Notes: generated by a model from the sequence alone, not told the origin. 64,000 nucleotides of DNA from an uncultured beta proteobacterium (GCA_963724685.1 CAVRVQ010000007.1:284668-348667); one strand, 5' to 3'; positions 23,626-34,833 are shown, counted from the stretch's first letter. Numbers and translations are program-made.

Positions 23626-25942
23626 CTAGAAGAGCTGGTCGCGGATGTCTTTGCCGGTCTTGCCGGGGACGAAGGTGTCGTCACGGCGTCGCGGCGGAAA
23701 CTCGGACAGGAAAGTACTCGGTCATGGTGCCGGCGTCGTCGCGCAAGCCGGTCTCGGCATTGATCGTCAGGGCGAGTATGCCTTCGGGCATCGGCAGGTT
23801 GGCCTCCGGCGCGCCCTTCAGCGCTTTCGCCATGTGGGAAATCCAGATCGGAAGCGCCGCAACTGCGCCGGTCTCGTTGGTCCCGAGCGTCTTCGGCTGG
23901 TCGAAACCGATCCAGGATACGGCGACCATCGCTGCGTTGTAGCCGCAGAACCAGGCATCGACGTTCTCGTTCGTCGTGCCGGTCTTGCCCGCGAGGTCGG
24001 TGCGATTGAGCGACAGGGCGCGCGTCGCGGTGCCGACGCGCACGACATCCTTCAGCAGCGACGTCATGATCCAGGCGTTGCGCGGGTCGATCGCCCGTTC
24101 GGCCGTCGCTCCCACCTCGACGGGCGCGGCCTCCGACAGGACGTTCCCCTTGGCGTCGAGGATGCGGGTGATGAGATAGGGCGAGACGCGGTAACCGCCG
24201 TTGGCGAAGACCGAATAGGCGACCACCATCTGCATCGGCGTCGCTGCTCCCGCGCCGAGGCCCATCGTCAGGTAGGGCGGATGGAGCTTCGGATCGAAGC
24301 CGAAGCGGGCGATGTAGTCCTGCGCGTACTGCGGGCCGATCGCCTGCAGCACGCGAACGGTGACGAGGTTCTTCGAGCGGGCGAGCGCGGCGCGCACGCG
24401 CATGGGGCCGTCGAACTTGCCGTCGTAGTTCTTGGGCTCCCAATCCTCGCTGCCGGTTTGGGCCGCGGGAACGAAGAACGGGGCGTCGTTGACGATCGTC
24501 GCCGGCGTGAAGCCCTTTTCGAGCGCCGCCGAGTAGATGAAGGGCTTGAACGCCGAGCCCGGCTGGCGCAGCGCCTGGGTGACGTGGTTGAACTTGTTGC
24601 GCTCGAAGCTCCAGCCGCCGACCAGAGCCAGGATCGCGCCATCCTGCGGCCGCAGCGAGACGAAGGCGGACTCGGCCTGCGGCATCTGCGTGATCTCCCA
24701 GCGTCCCTTCGCGTCGCGCGCGAGCCGGATCACGGCGCCGGGCCGGATCCGGGTGGTGACGGCCGCCTTGTCGGAAAGCGCCCGGGCCGCGAACTTGAGG
24801 CCGTCGCCCGCGATCTCGGCGACCTCGCCGTCGGCCAGCACTGCCTTGACCTCGGTTGCGGAGACATCGGTCACGACAGCCGCGACCAGGCCGTCGCCGT
24901 CGCTCGTTTCGGCAAAGAGGCGCTCCAGCGTCGAATCGCGCTCGGCTGGCGTCCTCCGGCGAGCCGAAGGTAGGCCTCCGGGCCGCGATAGCCGTGCCGG
25001 CGGTCGTATTCGAGCACGCCGCGCCGCACTGCAGCATAGGCGGCTTCCTGATCGGCCCTCCGAATGGTGGTCTGGACGGTCAGGCCCTTGGTGTAGGCGT
25101 CCTCGCCATAGGCGTCGAACACGACCTGGCGGGCCATCTCGGCGACGTATTCGGCGTGGGTCGGGAGCGCTTCCCGCAGCCCCTGTCGGACGGCGAGTGG
25201 CGCGGTTTGTGCTTCCTGGAATTGCTCGGAACTGATGTACTTCAGGTCGTGCATTCGTCTAAGTACATACAATTGACGGGTTTTCGCACGTTTGGGGTTG
25301 CTGACGGGGTTGTAGGCGGAGGGCGCTTTCGGCAAGCCGGCCAGCATGGCCGACTCGGCCGGTGAAAGGTCGCGCAGCGCCTTGCCGAAGTAGATCTGTG
25401 ACGCGGCGGCGAACCCGTAGGCACGCTGTCCGAGGAATATCTGGTTCACATAGAGCTCGAAGGATTTCGTCCTTGGACAGGGATCCTTCGATCTTCCAGG
25501 CGAGCAGGACTTCGCGCAGCTTGCGGGTGATCGTCTTCTCGCGCGTCAGGAAGAAGTTGCGGGCGACCTGCATGGTGATCGTCCCGGCCCCCTGCTGCGT
25601 GCCCGAGGCGAGATTGGACGCTGCAGCGCGCATGACGCTGAGGTAATCTACCCCACCATGCGAATAGAAACGCTCGTCCTCGGCCGCCAGAATGGCGTTT
25701 ATCATCACATCCGGGACTTCGCGAATGGCGACGACCGCGCGCCGTTCCTCGCCGAATTCGCCCAGGATGTCGCCCTCGGCCGAGACCACGCGCAACGGAA
25801 TCTTGGGGTGGTAGTCGGTCAGGCTTTCGAGCGAGGGAAGCGTCGGATAAAGTAGCGCCAGGACGAACGCGCCGAGCAGGCCGCCGACGAGGCAAAGGCC
25901 GACCAGGACGGACCCGACATAGAGGAGCCACCGCCTTAGCAT
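23626..25942 (-). CDS. mrcA: Penicillin-binding protein 1A (bifunctional transglycosylase/transpeptidase); frame switches near 25450, 24873, 23712
   Basis: MLRRWLLYVGSVLVGLCLV ... EDERFYSHGGVD ... TITMQVARN (GT51) in ORF 25259-26035; middle in ORF 24871-25449; transpeptidase motifs SAFKPFIY and KTGTTN in ORF 23681-24874. The tail FLSEFPPRRRDDTFVPGKTGKDIRDQLF ends at a TAG near 23626. Confidence 0.92.
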
Positions 25943-26108
25943 GTGGGAATATAACTTACCCGATGGGAGGGGTGAATCCCGGATTATAGGCGGGCTTACA
26001 ACAAAGGTATCCCCGGAAGGAAAACAATTTGACAACCTTCATACTTGCTGCCAATCTTTAATGTAGATTATCAGCATTGGGCCACAGGGGTTGGACCACA
26101 GGGCTACC

Positions 26109-27199
26109 ATGCTCTCAGATAAACTCAATTCCGTCCTGGACGCGTTCAAGACGAAGTACCCGGCGCTGATCGGCGTCGACATCAGTTCGACTGCCATCAA
26201 GCTCGTCGAACTCGTCGAAGCCGGCAAGGGGGCCTATCGGCTCGAGCGCTACGCCATCGAGCCGCTGGTCCGGGATGTCGTCACCGACGGCAACATCGCC
26301 AACCTCGACCTCGTCGCGGACGCGCTCAAACGGGCGCACAAGCGGCTCGGCAGCCGGTATCGCAACGTCGCGCTCGCGCTCCCCGCCGCGATGGTGATCA
26401 CGAAGAAGATCATTGTCCCTTCGGGCCAAAGGGAGGAAGAGCTGGAGCTCATGGTCGAGGCCGAGGCCAACCAGTACATCCCGTTCGCGCTCGACGAGGT
26501 CAACCTCGACTTCCAGACGATCGGGCCGGCGCCCAACAATCCCGATGAATCCGAGGTGCTGATCGCGGCCTCCCGCAAGGAGAAGGTCGAGGATCGGGTC
26601 GCCGTGGCCGAGGCCGCGGGGCTGAAGCCGCGGGTGATGGACGTCGAGTCCTACGCCATGCAGCAGGCGTTCGAGCTCATCTCGCCCTCGCTGCCGGCGA
26701 GCGGACGCGACCAGAACATCGCGCTCGTCGACATCGGCGCGCATGTGACGCACTTCTACGTGCTGCGCAATAACCAGTTTCTGTTCTCCCGGGACCAGGC
26801 GTTCGGAGGGAACCAGCTCACCCACGACGTCCAGCGCGCGTTCAACCTCACGCCCGACGAGGCTGAATCGGCGAAGAAGAGCCAGGGCTCCCGGAGAACT
26901 ACGACACCGACGTGCTGCAACCGTTCATGGAAACGCTGGCGCTCGAGGTCACCCGCGCGCTCCAGTTCTTCTTCACGTCGACGTCCTACAACCAGGTCGA
27001 CCAGATCGTCCTGGCCGGCGGTTGCGCGCTCCTGCCGGGCATCGACGAGTTGGTCGCCAAGCGGGCCGGCGTCACGACGGTCATCGCCAACCCGTTCGCC
27101 AACATGGCGACGTCCGATCGCATCCGGCCCCGTCAGCTCGCGCAGGATGCGCCGCTGCTGATGATCGCCTGCGGCCTCGCGCTGCGGAGCTTCGAATGA
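26109..27199 (+). CDS. pilM: Type IV pilus assembly protein PilM; one frame switch near 26890
   Basis: MLSDKLNSVLDAFKTKYPALIGVDISSTAIKLVEL ... (actin-like ATPase fold) in ORF 26091; C-terminus in ORF 26912-27199. Divergent from mrcA, as is typical. Confidence 0.9.
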
Positions 27200-27853
27200 T
27201 CCGCATCAACCTGCTGCCGCATCGCGAGCAGAAGCGACAGGCTCGCCAGCGGCAGTTCGTCTCCCTCTCGATCGGCCTCACCATCCTGGGCCTCGCGCTG
27301 GTCGCGTTGGGCTGGGTGATTCTCGGCGCGCAGATCGAGACCCAGGAGAGCCGCAACACCCTGCTCAAGACCGAGATCGCCAAGCTCGACGAGCAGATCA
27401 AGGAGATCGACAAGCTGCGCGAGCAGACGCAGGCGCTCCTCGCGCGGAAGCAGGTCGTCGAGACGTTGCAGGCCAACCGGACCGAAGCCGTCCACGTGCT
27501 GGACCAGATGGTGCGGCAGCTTCCCGACGGGATCTACCTGCGGTCGCTGAAGCAGACGGGGCAACAAGATCACGCTGACGGGCTACGCGCAGTCGAGCGC
27601 GCGGGTGTCGACGCTGATGCGCAACATCGACTCGTCGCCCTGGCTGCAGTCGCCGGAACTGGTGGAGATCAAGTCGGTTCAGTCGCCCGTGGCCAAGGAT
27701 CTTCGGATCAACGAGTTCACCCTCAACGTCCAGATCAAGCAGGCCGCGCCGCCGGAAGAGCCCAAGGCGGCTCCGGGCGCTCGACCCGCTCCGGCGGCGC
27801 CGGCGGCCCCGGCGGCGCCGCCCGGCAAAGCCAAAGGCGCAAAAGACGTATGA
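27196..27853 (+). CDS. pilN: Type IV pilus assembly protein PilN; one frame switch near 27565
   Basis: MIRINLLPHREQKRQARQRQFVSLSIGLTILGLALVALG (canonical INLLP motif plus TM helix), joined to STLMRNIDSSPWLQSPELVEIK ... (ORF 27605-27853). Ala/Pro-rich tail. ATGA overlap with pilM. Confidence 0.9.
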
Positions 27854-28487
27854 CACTCGACGACATCCGCCGGCTCAATATCAAGGAGGTCGGCAACTGG
27901 CCCATCCTGCCGAGGGCGGCGCTCCTGCTCTTCCTCCTGATCGTGGTCGTTGCCGCGGGGGCCTTCCTGGTCTGGAAGGACCAGTACGAGGCTGCTCGAC
28001 CGTTCGCAGCAGGAGGAGGTCAAGCTGAAGGAGCAGTACGCGACCAAGAAGGCCAAGGCGATCAACTACGACATCTACGTGCAGCAGCTGAAGGAGATCG
28101 AGCAGTCGTTCGGCGCGCTCCTGAAGCAGCTGCCGAACAAGGCGGAGATGGACGCGCTTCTCACCGACATCAACCAGGCCGGACTGGGCCGCGGGCTCCA
28201 GTTCGAGCTGTTCAAGCCGGCGGCGCACGGAGCGCCTGGCCGACTTCTACGCCGAGTTGCCGATCGCGGTGAAGATCACCGGCAACTACCACGACATGGG
28301 CGCCTTCGCGAGCGACGTCGCGCAGCTGCCGCGGATCGTCACGCTGAACGACGTCGCGATCACCAACGACAAGGGCGTCCTGACGCTCGATGCCGTGGCC
28401 AAGACGTTCCGGTATCTCGACGAGGAAGAGCTCGCCAAGCAGCGCAAGGCGGTGAAGGACGCCAAGGACAAGGCGGGCAAGAAATGA
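27850..28487 (+). CDS. pilO: Type IV pilus assembly protein PilO; frame switches near 27990 and 28225
   Basis: MTLDDIRRLNIKEVGNWPILPRAALLLFLLIVVVAAGAFLVWKDQYE; then coiled coil LKEQYATKKAKAINYDIYVQQLKEIEQSF ... ; then ELPIAVKITGNYHDMGAFASDVAQLPRIVTLNDV (ORF 28257-28487). Confidence 0.88.
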
Positions 28488-28508
28488 GACGCTGGCTCGC
28501 CTGTCGCG

Positions 28509-29024
28509 ATGGGTGCGGGCGTGTTGCTCGCGGGATGCGGCGGCGAAAGCCATCAGGACCTTCGCGCCTGGATGGCCGACCAGGGCAAGGGTGCGCGCGG
28601 CCGCGTCGATCCGTTGCCGCAGATCAAGCCTTACGAGCCTTTCGCCTACAACGCCTTCGACCTCCCGGATCCCTTCAAGCCGCGCAAGATCGAGCCCACC
28701 AAGGGGGGCGGGAGCAAGCTCGCACCGGACTTGACGCGCCGCCGCGAACCGCTGGAGGCGTATCCGCTGGAGTCGCTCAACATGGTGGGAACGCTAACGC
28801 AGGGGAAGTCGACGTACGCCCTGGTGCGCACTCCTGACAAGGATGTCTATCAGGTGACCGCGGGCAATTACCTCGGGCAGAACTTCGGCGTGATTCTCGG
28901 CATCAACGAAAGCGAGATCCGCATGAAGGAGCTCGTGCAGGACGGCAGCGGCGATTGGACCGAACGGACGGGAACGCTGCAGCTGATCCAGGCCGACACG
29001 AAGACACAGGAGCGAAAAAAATGA
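28509..29024 (+). CDS. pilP: Type IV pilus assembly lipoprotein PilP
   Basis: ORF 28509-29024 has the lipobox VLLAGCGG. An ATG at 28484 (ATGA overlap with the pilO stop; MRRWLA...) in another frame may be the true start, with a frame switch near 28500. Confidence 0.85.
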   Translation: MGAGVLLAGCGGESHQDLRAWMADQGKGARGRVDPLPQIKPYEPFAYNAFDLPDPFKPRKIEPTKGGGSKLAPDLTRRREPLEAYPLESLNMVGTLTQGKSTYALVRTPDKDVYQVTAGNYLGQNFGVILGINESEIRMKELVQDGSGDWTERTGTLQLIQADTKTQERKK

Positions 29025-31280
29025 GCGCGTTCGTTTTCATTGACAACGTCGTGACCGGGGCGCGAACGGCCCGCGGCGCGCGCGCGTGGCTCTTGGCCCT
29101 GCTCACGCTCCTCGGCACCGGCGCGGCGTACGCGCAGGCGGCCAACAGCATCGATTCGATGACGGTGTCGAAAGGCACGTCGGGGCGGACGATCGTCAAG
29201 TTCATGCTGAAGAACGCGCCCGCCAATCCGCCCGCGGGCTTCGCGATCGCGACGCCGCCGCGGATCGCTCTCGATTTCGTCGACACCGGCAATGGTCTCG
29301 GCACGACCCAGCGGCTGGTCGAGGACGTCGCGTTGCGCAGCGTCAACGTGATCCAGGCCGGCAACCGGACGCGTGTCGTCTTCAATCTCAACCGGCCGCA
29401 GACGTTCGAAACACAGGTCGAGGGCAACGCCGTGCTGGTGACTCTCATCGACCAGAGCGATCAGCTCGACGCCAAGCAGCAGACGGTGCAGCGATTCGCC
29501 GAGTCGCGCACCGGCGACACGCAGCACGCGTTGCGCGACGTCGATTTCCGCCGCGGCACGAACGGCGAGGGCCGGATCGTCATCGACCTCTCCGATGCCG
29601 CCACCGGGATCGACATCCGGCAGCAGGGCAAGGCGCTCATCGTCGACTTCATCAAGACCTCGCTGCCGAAGAATCTCGAGCGCCGGCTCGACGTGCAGGA
29701 TTTCGGCACACCCATCGTCACGGTCGACACGTTCGCCCAGGGCCCGAACACGCGGATGATCATCGAGCCCAAGGGCTTGTGGGAGCACTCGGCGTATCAG
29801 ACCGACAACCGGTTCATCCTGGAAGTGAAGCCGATCGTCGAGGATCCGAACAAGCTCGTGCAGGGCACGCGCCAGGGCTACAAGGGCGACAAGCTGTCGC
29901 TCAACTTCCAGAACGTCGAGGTGCGGGCGGTGCTGCAGGTGATCGCCGACTTCACCGGGCTCAACATCATCACGAGCGACTCGGTGAGCGGCAGCCTCAC
30001 GCTGCGCCTGAAGGACATTCCGTGGGACCAGGCGCTCGACATCATCATGCAGACGAAAGGCCTCGACATGCGCAAGAACGGCAATGTCGTGCTGATCGCG
30101 CCGCGGGAGGAGCTCGCGCTGAAGGAAAAGCAGCAGCTCGAAGTCGCAGAAGGACATCAGCGAGCTCGAGCCGCTCGTGTCGGAGTCGTTCCAGCTGAAC
30201 TACATCAAGGCGCAGGATCTGCTCAACCTGATCACGACCAACCGCCAGCAGCAGTTCGGCGCGGGCGCGGGCCAGACCGCGACGACGGGTGGCCAGGGCT
30301 CGTTCATTTCGAAGCGCGGGGTCGCGATGGTCGACCCGCGGTCGAACATCCTGTTCGTGCAGGACATCCCCTCGAACCTCGAGGAGATCCGGAAGATCAT
30401 CCGCCAGATCGACACGGCGATCCGGCAGGTGGTGATCGAGGCGCGCATCGTGATCGCGAGCGACAAGTTCGGCCGGCAACTCGGCGTGCGCTTCGGCGCC
30501 CAGACGGGATTCCGGATCAACAACAAGTATGCGGTCGGGCAGGGCGGGAGCCTCAGCACGCAGCCGGTCGTCGCCACGCCGGGACAGCAGGGTGCGACGC
30601 GCGACACCAGGACGCAGACGCCGTACGAACTCGCGTCCGGGATCACCTATGCCGGCTACTCGGATTCGCCGCAGCTCAACGTCAACCTGCCGGTGCTGAA
30701 CGCCGCCGGCAGTCTCGCGCTGACGCTGATCAACCTCGGCAGCGGCAACCTCATCAACCTCGAATTGTCGGCGCTCGAGTCCGACAATCGCGGCAAGGTG
30801 GTGTCGAGCCCGCGCGTGGTCACCGGCGACAACCAGAAGGCGCATATCGAACAGGGCACGGAAATTCCCTACGTGACGCCGGGGAGCGCCAACAATCCGG
30901 CCACGGTGCAGTTCAAGAAGGCCGTGTTGAGCCTCAACGTGACGCCGCAGATCACGCCCGACAACCGGATCATCATGACGGTCGAGGTGCGGAAGGATTC
31001 GGTCGGCCAGATGGTCAACCTGGGTGGCGGATTCCAGGTGCCCTCGATCGACACGCGCAACGTCACTACGCAGATCTCGGTCAACAACGGCGACACCGCC
31101 GTCATCGGCGGCATCTACGAAGAGACGGTCACCAACACCGTCGACAAGGTGCCGTTCCTCGGCGACGTTCCGGTGCTGGGCTATCTGTTCAAGACCACCG
31201 GCCGCACGAGCGAGAAGCAGGAACTCCTCATCTTTCTCACGCCGCGCGTGATCAAGGAATCGATCAACTCCATCAAGTGA
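29021..31280 (+). CDS. pilQ: Type IV pilus secretin PilQ; one frame switch near 30150
   Basis: MSAFVFIDNVV... followed by AMIN-like N-terminal domains in ORF 28955. The secretin core (NVTPQITPDNRIIMTVEV ... VPFLGDVPVLGYLF ... ELLIFLTPRVI) is in ORF 30177-31280. Confidence 0.92.
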
Positions 31281-31413
31281 TGGCGAGTCGGACCTGACGC
31301 GCCGCGTCGATTGCGGCGCGCAGGATTCAACCGGCTGCCGGCACGTGCGGCGATGCGCTTCCGGCGCCGGCCGCGCGTTCGTGTGCCCGCATCGAATCCA
31401 CTACAATGCGCGG

Positions 31414-31944
31414 GTGCATCTGCATCGGGGCAATCTGTTTCTGGTCGGGCTGCCGGGCGCGGGCAAGTCGACGCTCGGACGCCAGTTGGCGCGCCGTCTG
31501 GCCAAGACTTTCGTGGACGCCGACGCCGAGCTCGAGAAGAAACTCGGCGTGACGATCCCCACGATCTTCGAGATCGAGGGTGAAGCGAGCTTCCGCGACC
31601 GCGAGGAAGCGGTGCTCGCCGAACTGACAACACTTTCCAATGTCGTGCTCGCCACCGGAGGCGGCGTCGTCATCCGGCCCGCGAATCGCGAGCGGCTGAA
31701 GCAGAACGGCACCGTGATCTATCTGCACGCGATGCCGGAAATGCTGCGCGAGCGCACCCGCAGGAGCCGACATCGGCCGCTCCTCAATGCGGCGGACCCG
31801 ATGGCCCGGCTGGCCGAGCTCTACGCGGTGCGCGACTCGCTCTATCGCGAGGTCGCGGCATCGGTGATCGAATCCAATCGCGACGAGATCGCGCGTTTCG
31901 CACGCGAGCTCGAGGCGTCGTTCCAGGACCCGCTGCAGGCATGA
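31414..31944 (+). CDS. aroK: Shikimate kinase (intact)
   Basis: ORF 31345-31944. [20 protein letters not shown] (Walker A) lies 6 residues after the in-frame GTG at 31414. The upstream ATG 31345 would add 23 non-conserved residues. Confidence 0.88.
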   Translation: MHLHRGNLFLVGLPGAGKSTLGRQLARRLAKTFVDADAELEKKLGVTIPTIFEIEGEASFRDREEAVLAELTTLSNVVLATGGGVVIRPANRERLKQNGTVIYLHAMPEMLRERTRRSRHRPLLNAADPMARLAELYAVRDSLYREVAASVIESNRDEIARFARELEASFQDPLQA

Positions 31945-32018
31945 GCGCGCCGGGCCGTCCAGGACGCGAGACTGCGGTCCGTCCCGGAGGGAAGGCGCGC
32001 AGCGCCAAGGGTGCACCA
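31944..32018 (+). repeat. R2 repeat copy c, between the aroK stop and the conserved aroB start (open in the aroB frame)
   Basis: GCGCGCCGGGCCGTCCAGGACGCGAGACTGCGGTCCGTCCCGGAGGGAAGGCGCGCAGCGCCAAGGGTGCACCA followed by ATGAGCGCC. It is flanked on both sides by ATGAGCGC. Confidence 0.7.
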
Positions 32019-33104
32019 ATGAGCGCCGCGACGACGCTGCGCGTCGCGCTGGGCGAGCGCAGCTATGCGATCCACGTCGGCCCCGGTCTGCTTGCGGCGG
32101 CCGGCGGCCTGCTCGCGCCACTGTTGCCGCAGCCGCGCGCGGTCATCCTGACGAATCCGGTCGTCGCCGCGCATTGGCTCGCCCCGCTGCGGGCGAGCCT
32201 GAAGGCTGCGGGAATCGCGAGCGAGTCGATCATCGTCCCCGACGGTGAAACCTTCAAGTCGTGGTCGACGCTGCACGACGTCCTGACGCGACTCCTCGAG
32301 CAGAACGCGGAACGGTCGACCACGCTCGTGGCGCTCGGCGGCGGCGTCGTGGGGGACATCGGCGGGTTCGCCGCCGCCATCTATCAGCGAGGGATGCCGT
32401 TCGTGCAGGTGCCGACGACGCTGCTCGCGCAGGTCGACTCGTCGGTCGGCGGCAAGACGGCCGTCAATCATGCGCTCGGCAAGAACATGATCGGGGCGTT
32501 CCATCAGCCGCGTGCCGTGGTGATCGACACCGATTGCCTGCGCACGTTGCCCGAGCGCGAGTTCGCCGGCGGCCTCGCAGAAGTGATCAAGACGGCCGCG
32601 ATCCGCGACCTCGGATTCTTCGAATGGCTCGAGGCGAATCTCCCGCACCTCCTCGCGCGCGATTCCGAGGCGCTGGTGCACGCGGTGGCGGAAAGCTGCC
32701 GGATCAAGGCGGAAATCGTCGCGGCCGACGAGCGCGAAGCCGGTGAGCGCGCGCTGCTCAACTTCGGCCACACGTTCGGGCACGCGATCGAGGCGGGGGT
32801 CGGCTACGGCGAATGGCTGCACGGCGAGGCCGTGGCCGCCGGCATGGTGCTCGCCGCGCGGCTGTCCGAACGTCTCGGCGGGTTGGCCGGTGCGGATGTC
32901 GAACGGCTGCGTGCGCTCCTGCAACGCGCGGGATTGCCGGTCGAGGCCCCGCGTCTTCACGCGGAGCGCTATCTCGCGCTGATGCGCCGTGACAAGAAAG
33001 TGGTGGCGGGCTCGATGCGCTTCGTGCTGCTTCGCGCCATCGGGGAGGCCTTTGTTACCGGGGAAGTTTCCGAGCGCGCGATCGGCGCCGTGCTTGAAAC
33101 GTGA
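32019..33104 (+). CDS. aroB: 3-dehydroquinate synthase (intact)
   Basis: [25 protein letters not shown] matches the usual AroB N-terminus. [25 protein letters not shown] and HGEAVAAGM motifs are present. The track ORF starts at 31941, with 26 extra codons encoded by the R2 repeat. Confidence 0.92.
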   Translation: MSAATTLRVALGERSYAIHVGPGLLAAAGGLLAPLLPQPRAVILTNPVVAAHWLAPLRASLKAAGIASESIIVPDGETFKSWSTLHDVLTRLLEQNAERSTTLVALGGGVVGDIGGFAAAIYQRGMPFVQVPTTLLAQVDSSVGGKTAVNHALGKNMIGAFHQPRAVVIDTDCLRTLPEREFAGGLAEVIKTAAIRDLGFFEWLEANLPHLLARDSEALVHAVAESCRIKAEIVAADEREAGERALLNFGHTFGHAIEAGVGYGEWLHGEAVAAGMVLAARLSERLGGLAGADVERLRALLQRAGLPVEAPRLHAERYLALMRRDKKVVAGSMRFVLLRAIGEAFVTGEVSERAIGAVLET

Positions 33105-33209
33105 ACGTGCGCCGCAGTTCGCCTGCCATCAGCAAGCGAGACGGCCATGGAACGCGAAGCGGCGCCAGACGGCGCCGCTTCGCTTTTCACACGCGAGCAG
33201 GCTCGCGCC

Positions 33210-34526
33210 CTACGATGTACAGGTGATCGTTGCGGGGATGGTTTTCTGTGGCGAGCTCTGATCCCTGAAAACAACTGTTGTCGTGCTGGCGCCCGCCGGA
33301 AGCGGCCCTACGTTGAAGCCTCCCGGGATGGTCAATACGGTGACGCTTCCAGCAAGCGAATTTACCGCTTGGGCGCTATAGGGCGCAGTTCCGCCCGTAA
33401 CAAGGAACGGGAAGCTTGCGCCGCCGCAAGTAGTGGTTGGCGCGTACGTTGCCGGGGCCACGACCAGAGCCCCCGGCGTCACGGTGGGTGGTTCCTCGGT
33501 CCCCTCGACGTTGTGGAGCAGCGCGGTGGTCTGGCGGCCCGTCGCGTCCAGGATCGAGAATGTCAGCGGATCGACGCAGGCGCCGTTGGTGATCGCCCTG
33601 AAGAATCCGCCGTTGGTGTTGACTGTCGAATTGACCAAGGTGACGCTGTTGGGGAACGTCGACGAGACGCGATAGGGCGGGGTGCCGCCGTAGATGTAGT
33701 AGTCGACGACGAACCCGCTCGAGCACACGCCTTTGAATGCGCCGGTGATCTCCGCATCGCCCGGAACCACGGTCAGGATCGCCGACCCATCGGTGACCTG
33801 CACGATGGTGAAATTGCCGACCAGCTGCTGCCCGGACGTGACGTCGGTCACCCTCAACTGCGCGAACTGCGTCGGCGCACCGACATTGACCTGGAGAATG
33901 ACGCTCGCCTTGCCCGCGGAGTCGGTGAGGACAGTCAACGTCGAGGCGAGCGGCTGCGCGGGATTGTTGGTCACGATGGCATAGGCCGAGCCGATAACGT
34001 CGAAGCGCACTGCGCGACCGAGGGGACTGCCCTGTGTCCGAAGCACTGTCACGGTTGCGAGCCCTGTCTGACCGGAGCAAATACCGGTGCCGCAATCGTC
34101 CTGGTTGGGAGTGATCGTCAGCGAATTGCCGAGCGTCGACGCGCGCACGGTGATGACCGCCGTCACCGTCGGGGTGACCGGCTGCAAGGGACCGAGATCC
34201 TGGATGGTGATCGTGACGTCGGTGTCGGCTTCGACATTGGCCCCGAGCAACACCACCGTCCGTCCCGCGACGTCCTGCGTGACCGGCAGGACCCCCGAAT
34301 TGGACGAAAAGGCCCGGAAGGGCCCTGCTCCGCCCGTGATCGTGAGAGTCGTCGGAACGCCCGAGTACGCGACGGCGACGTTGGGGGACACCGTCATCGT
34401 GCTCTCGAAGAAGTTGTTCGGCGCCCCGCTTCCGCCGCCGCATGCGCTAAGGGCGAGCACTCCCGCGGCAGCGGCAAGCGCGGTGAGCAGTCGCAGCCAG
34501 CCGGCAAAGAGGCGGTTTTCCGTCAT
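33210..34526 (-). CDS. Orphan lipoprotein with repeated Ig-like/beta-sandwich modules (function unknown; intact)
   Basis: ORF 33210-34526 has the signal plus lipobox LLTALAAAAGVLALSAC. Thr/Val/Gly-rich modules each carry a GG-x-x-P-[FY] motif (TITGGAGPF, IYGGTPPY, VTGGTAPY). I recognise no catalytic motif. Confidence 0.6.
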   Translation of the reverse strand: MTENRLFAGWLRLLTALAAAAGVLALSACGGGSGAPNNFFESTMTVSPNVAVAYSGVPTTLTITGGAGPFRAFSSNSGVLPVTQDVAGRTVVLLGANVEADTDVTITIQDLGPLQPVTPTVTAVITVRASTLGNSLTITPNQDDCGTGICSGQTGLATVTVLRTQGSPLGRAVRFDVIGSAYAIVTNNPAQPLASTLTVLTDSAGKASVILQVNVGAPTQFAQLRVTDVTSGQQLVGNFTIVQVTDGSAILTVVPGDAEITGAFKGVCSSGFVVDYYIYGGTPPYRVSSTFPNSVTLVNSTVNTNGGFFRAITNGACVDPLTFSILDATGRQTTALLHNVEGTEEPPTVTPGALVVAPATYAPTTTCGGASFPFLVTGGTAPYSAQAVNSLAGSVTVLTIPGGFNVGPLPAGASTTTVVFRDQSSPQKTIPATITCTS

Positions 34527-34630
34527 GATGGGATTCCCAATGATGTTGTCCTAAAGATGGCGGGGTGGCAGAGCTGTTTTGGATGCAGCAACAAGCATCT
34601 AGCCCATTCTCTTGAGATTAAAGCCTAAGT

Positions 34631-34645
34631 TTGCGCCGGGCGCAA
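34631..34645. promoter_or_regulatory. Perfect 7-1-7 palindrome TTGCGCC-G-GGCGCAA (fits the LysR-type T-N11-A box) in the lipoprotein/gltB divergent region
   Basis: Read directly from the sequence. It lies ~105 nt from the lipoprotein ATG and ~190 nt from the gltB start, in a lower-GC 300-nt intergenic region. Confidence 0.35.
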
Positions 34646-34833
34646 GTGTTTTGGTTCCATCCCTTTCGCCCCGAGCCGGAAGCTGTTGCGTGCCGCGCCT
34701 CATGGGTTTCGCGGTGCCTTGTCGCATTGCAGCATCGCTGCTAGTCTACAAAGGTTTCACCCCCATCAGGGAAGCCCCGACCGGCGCCATGGAACCCGGC
34801 GACCGGACGCCACGTCGCTGCGGTGAGGTCATC

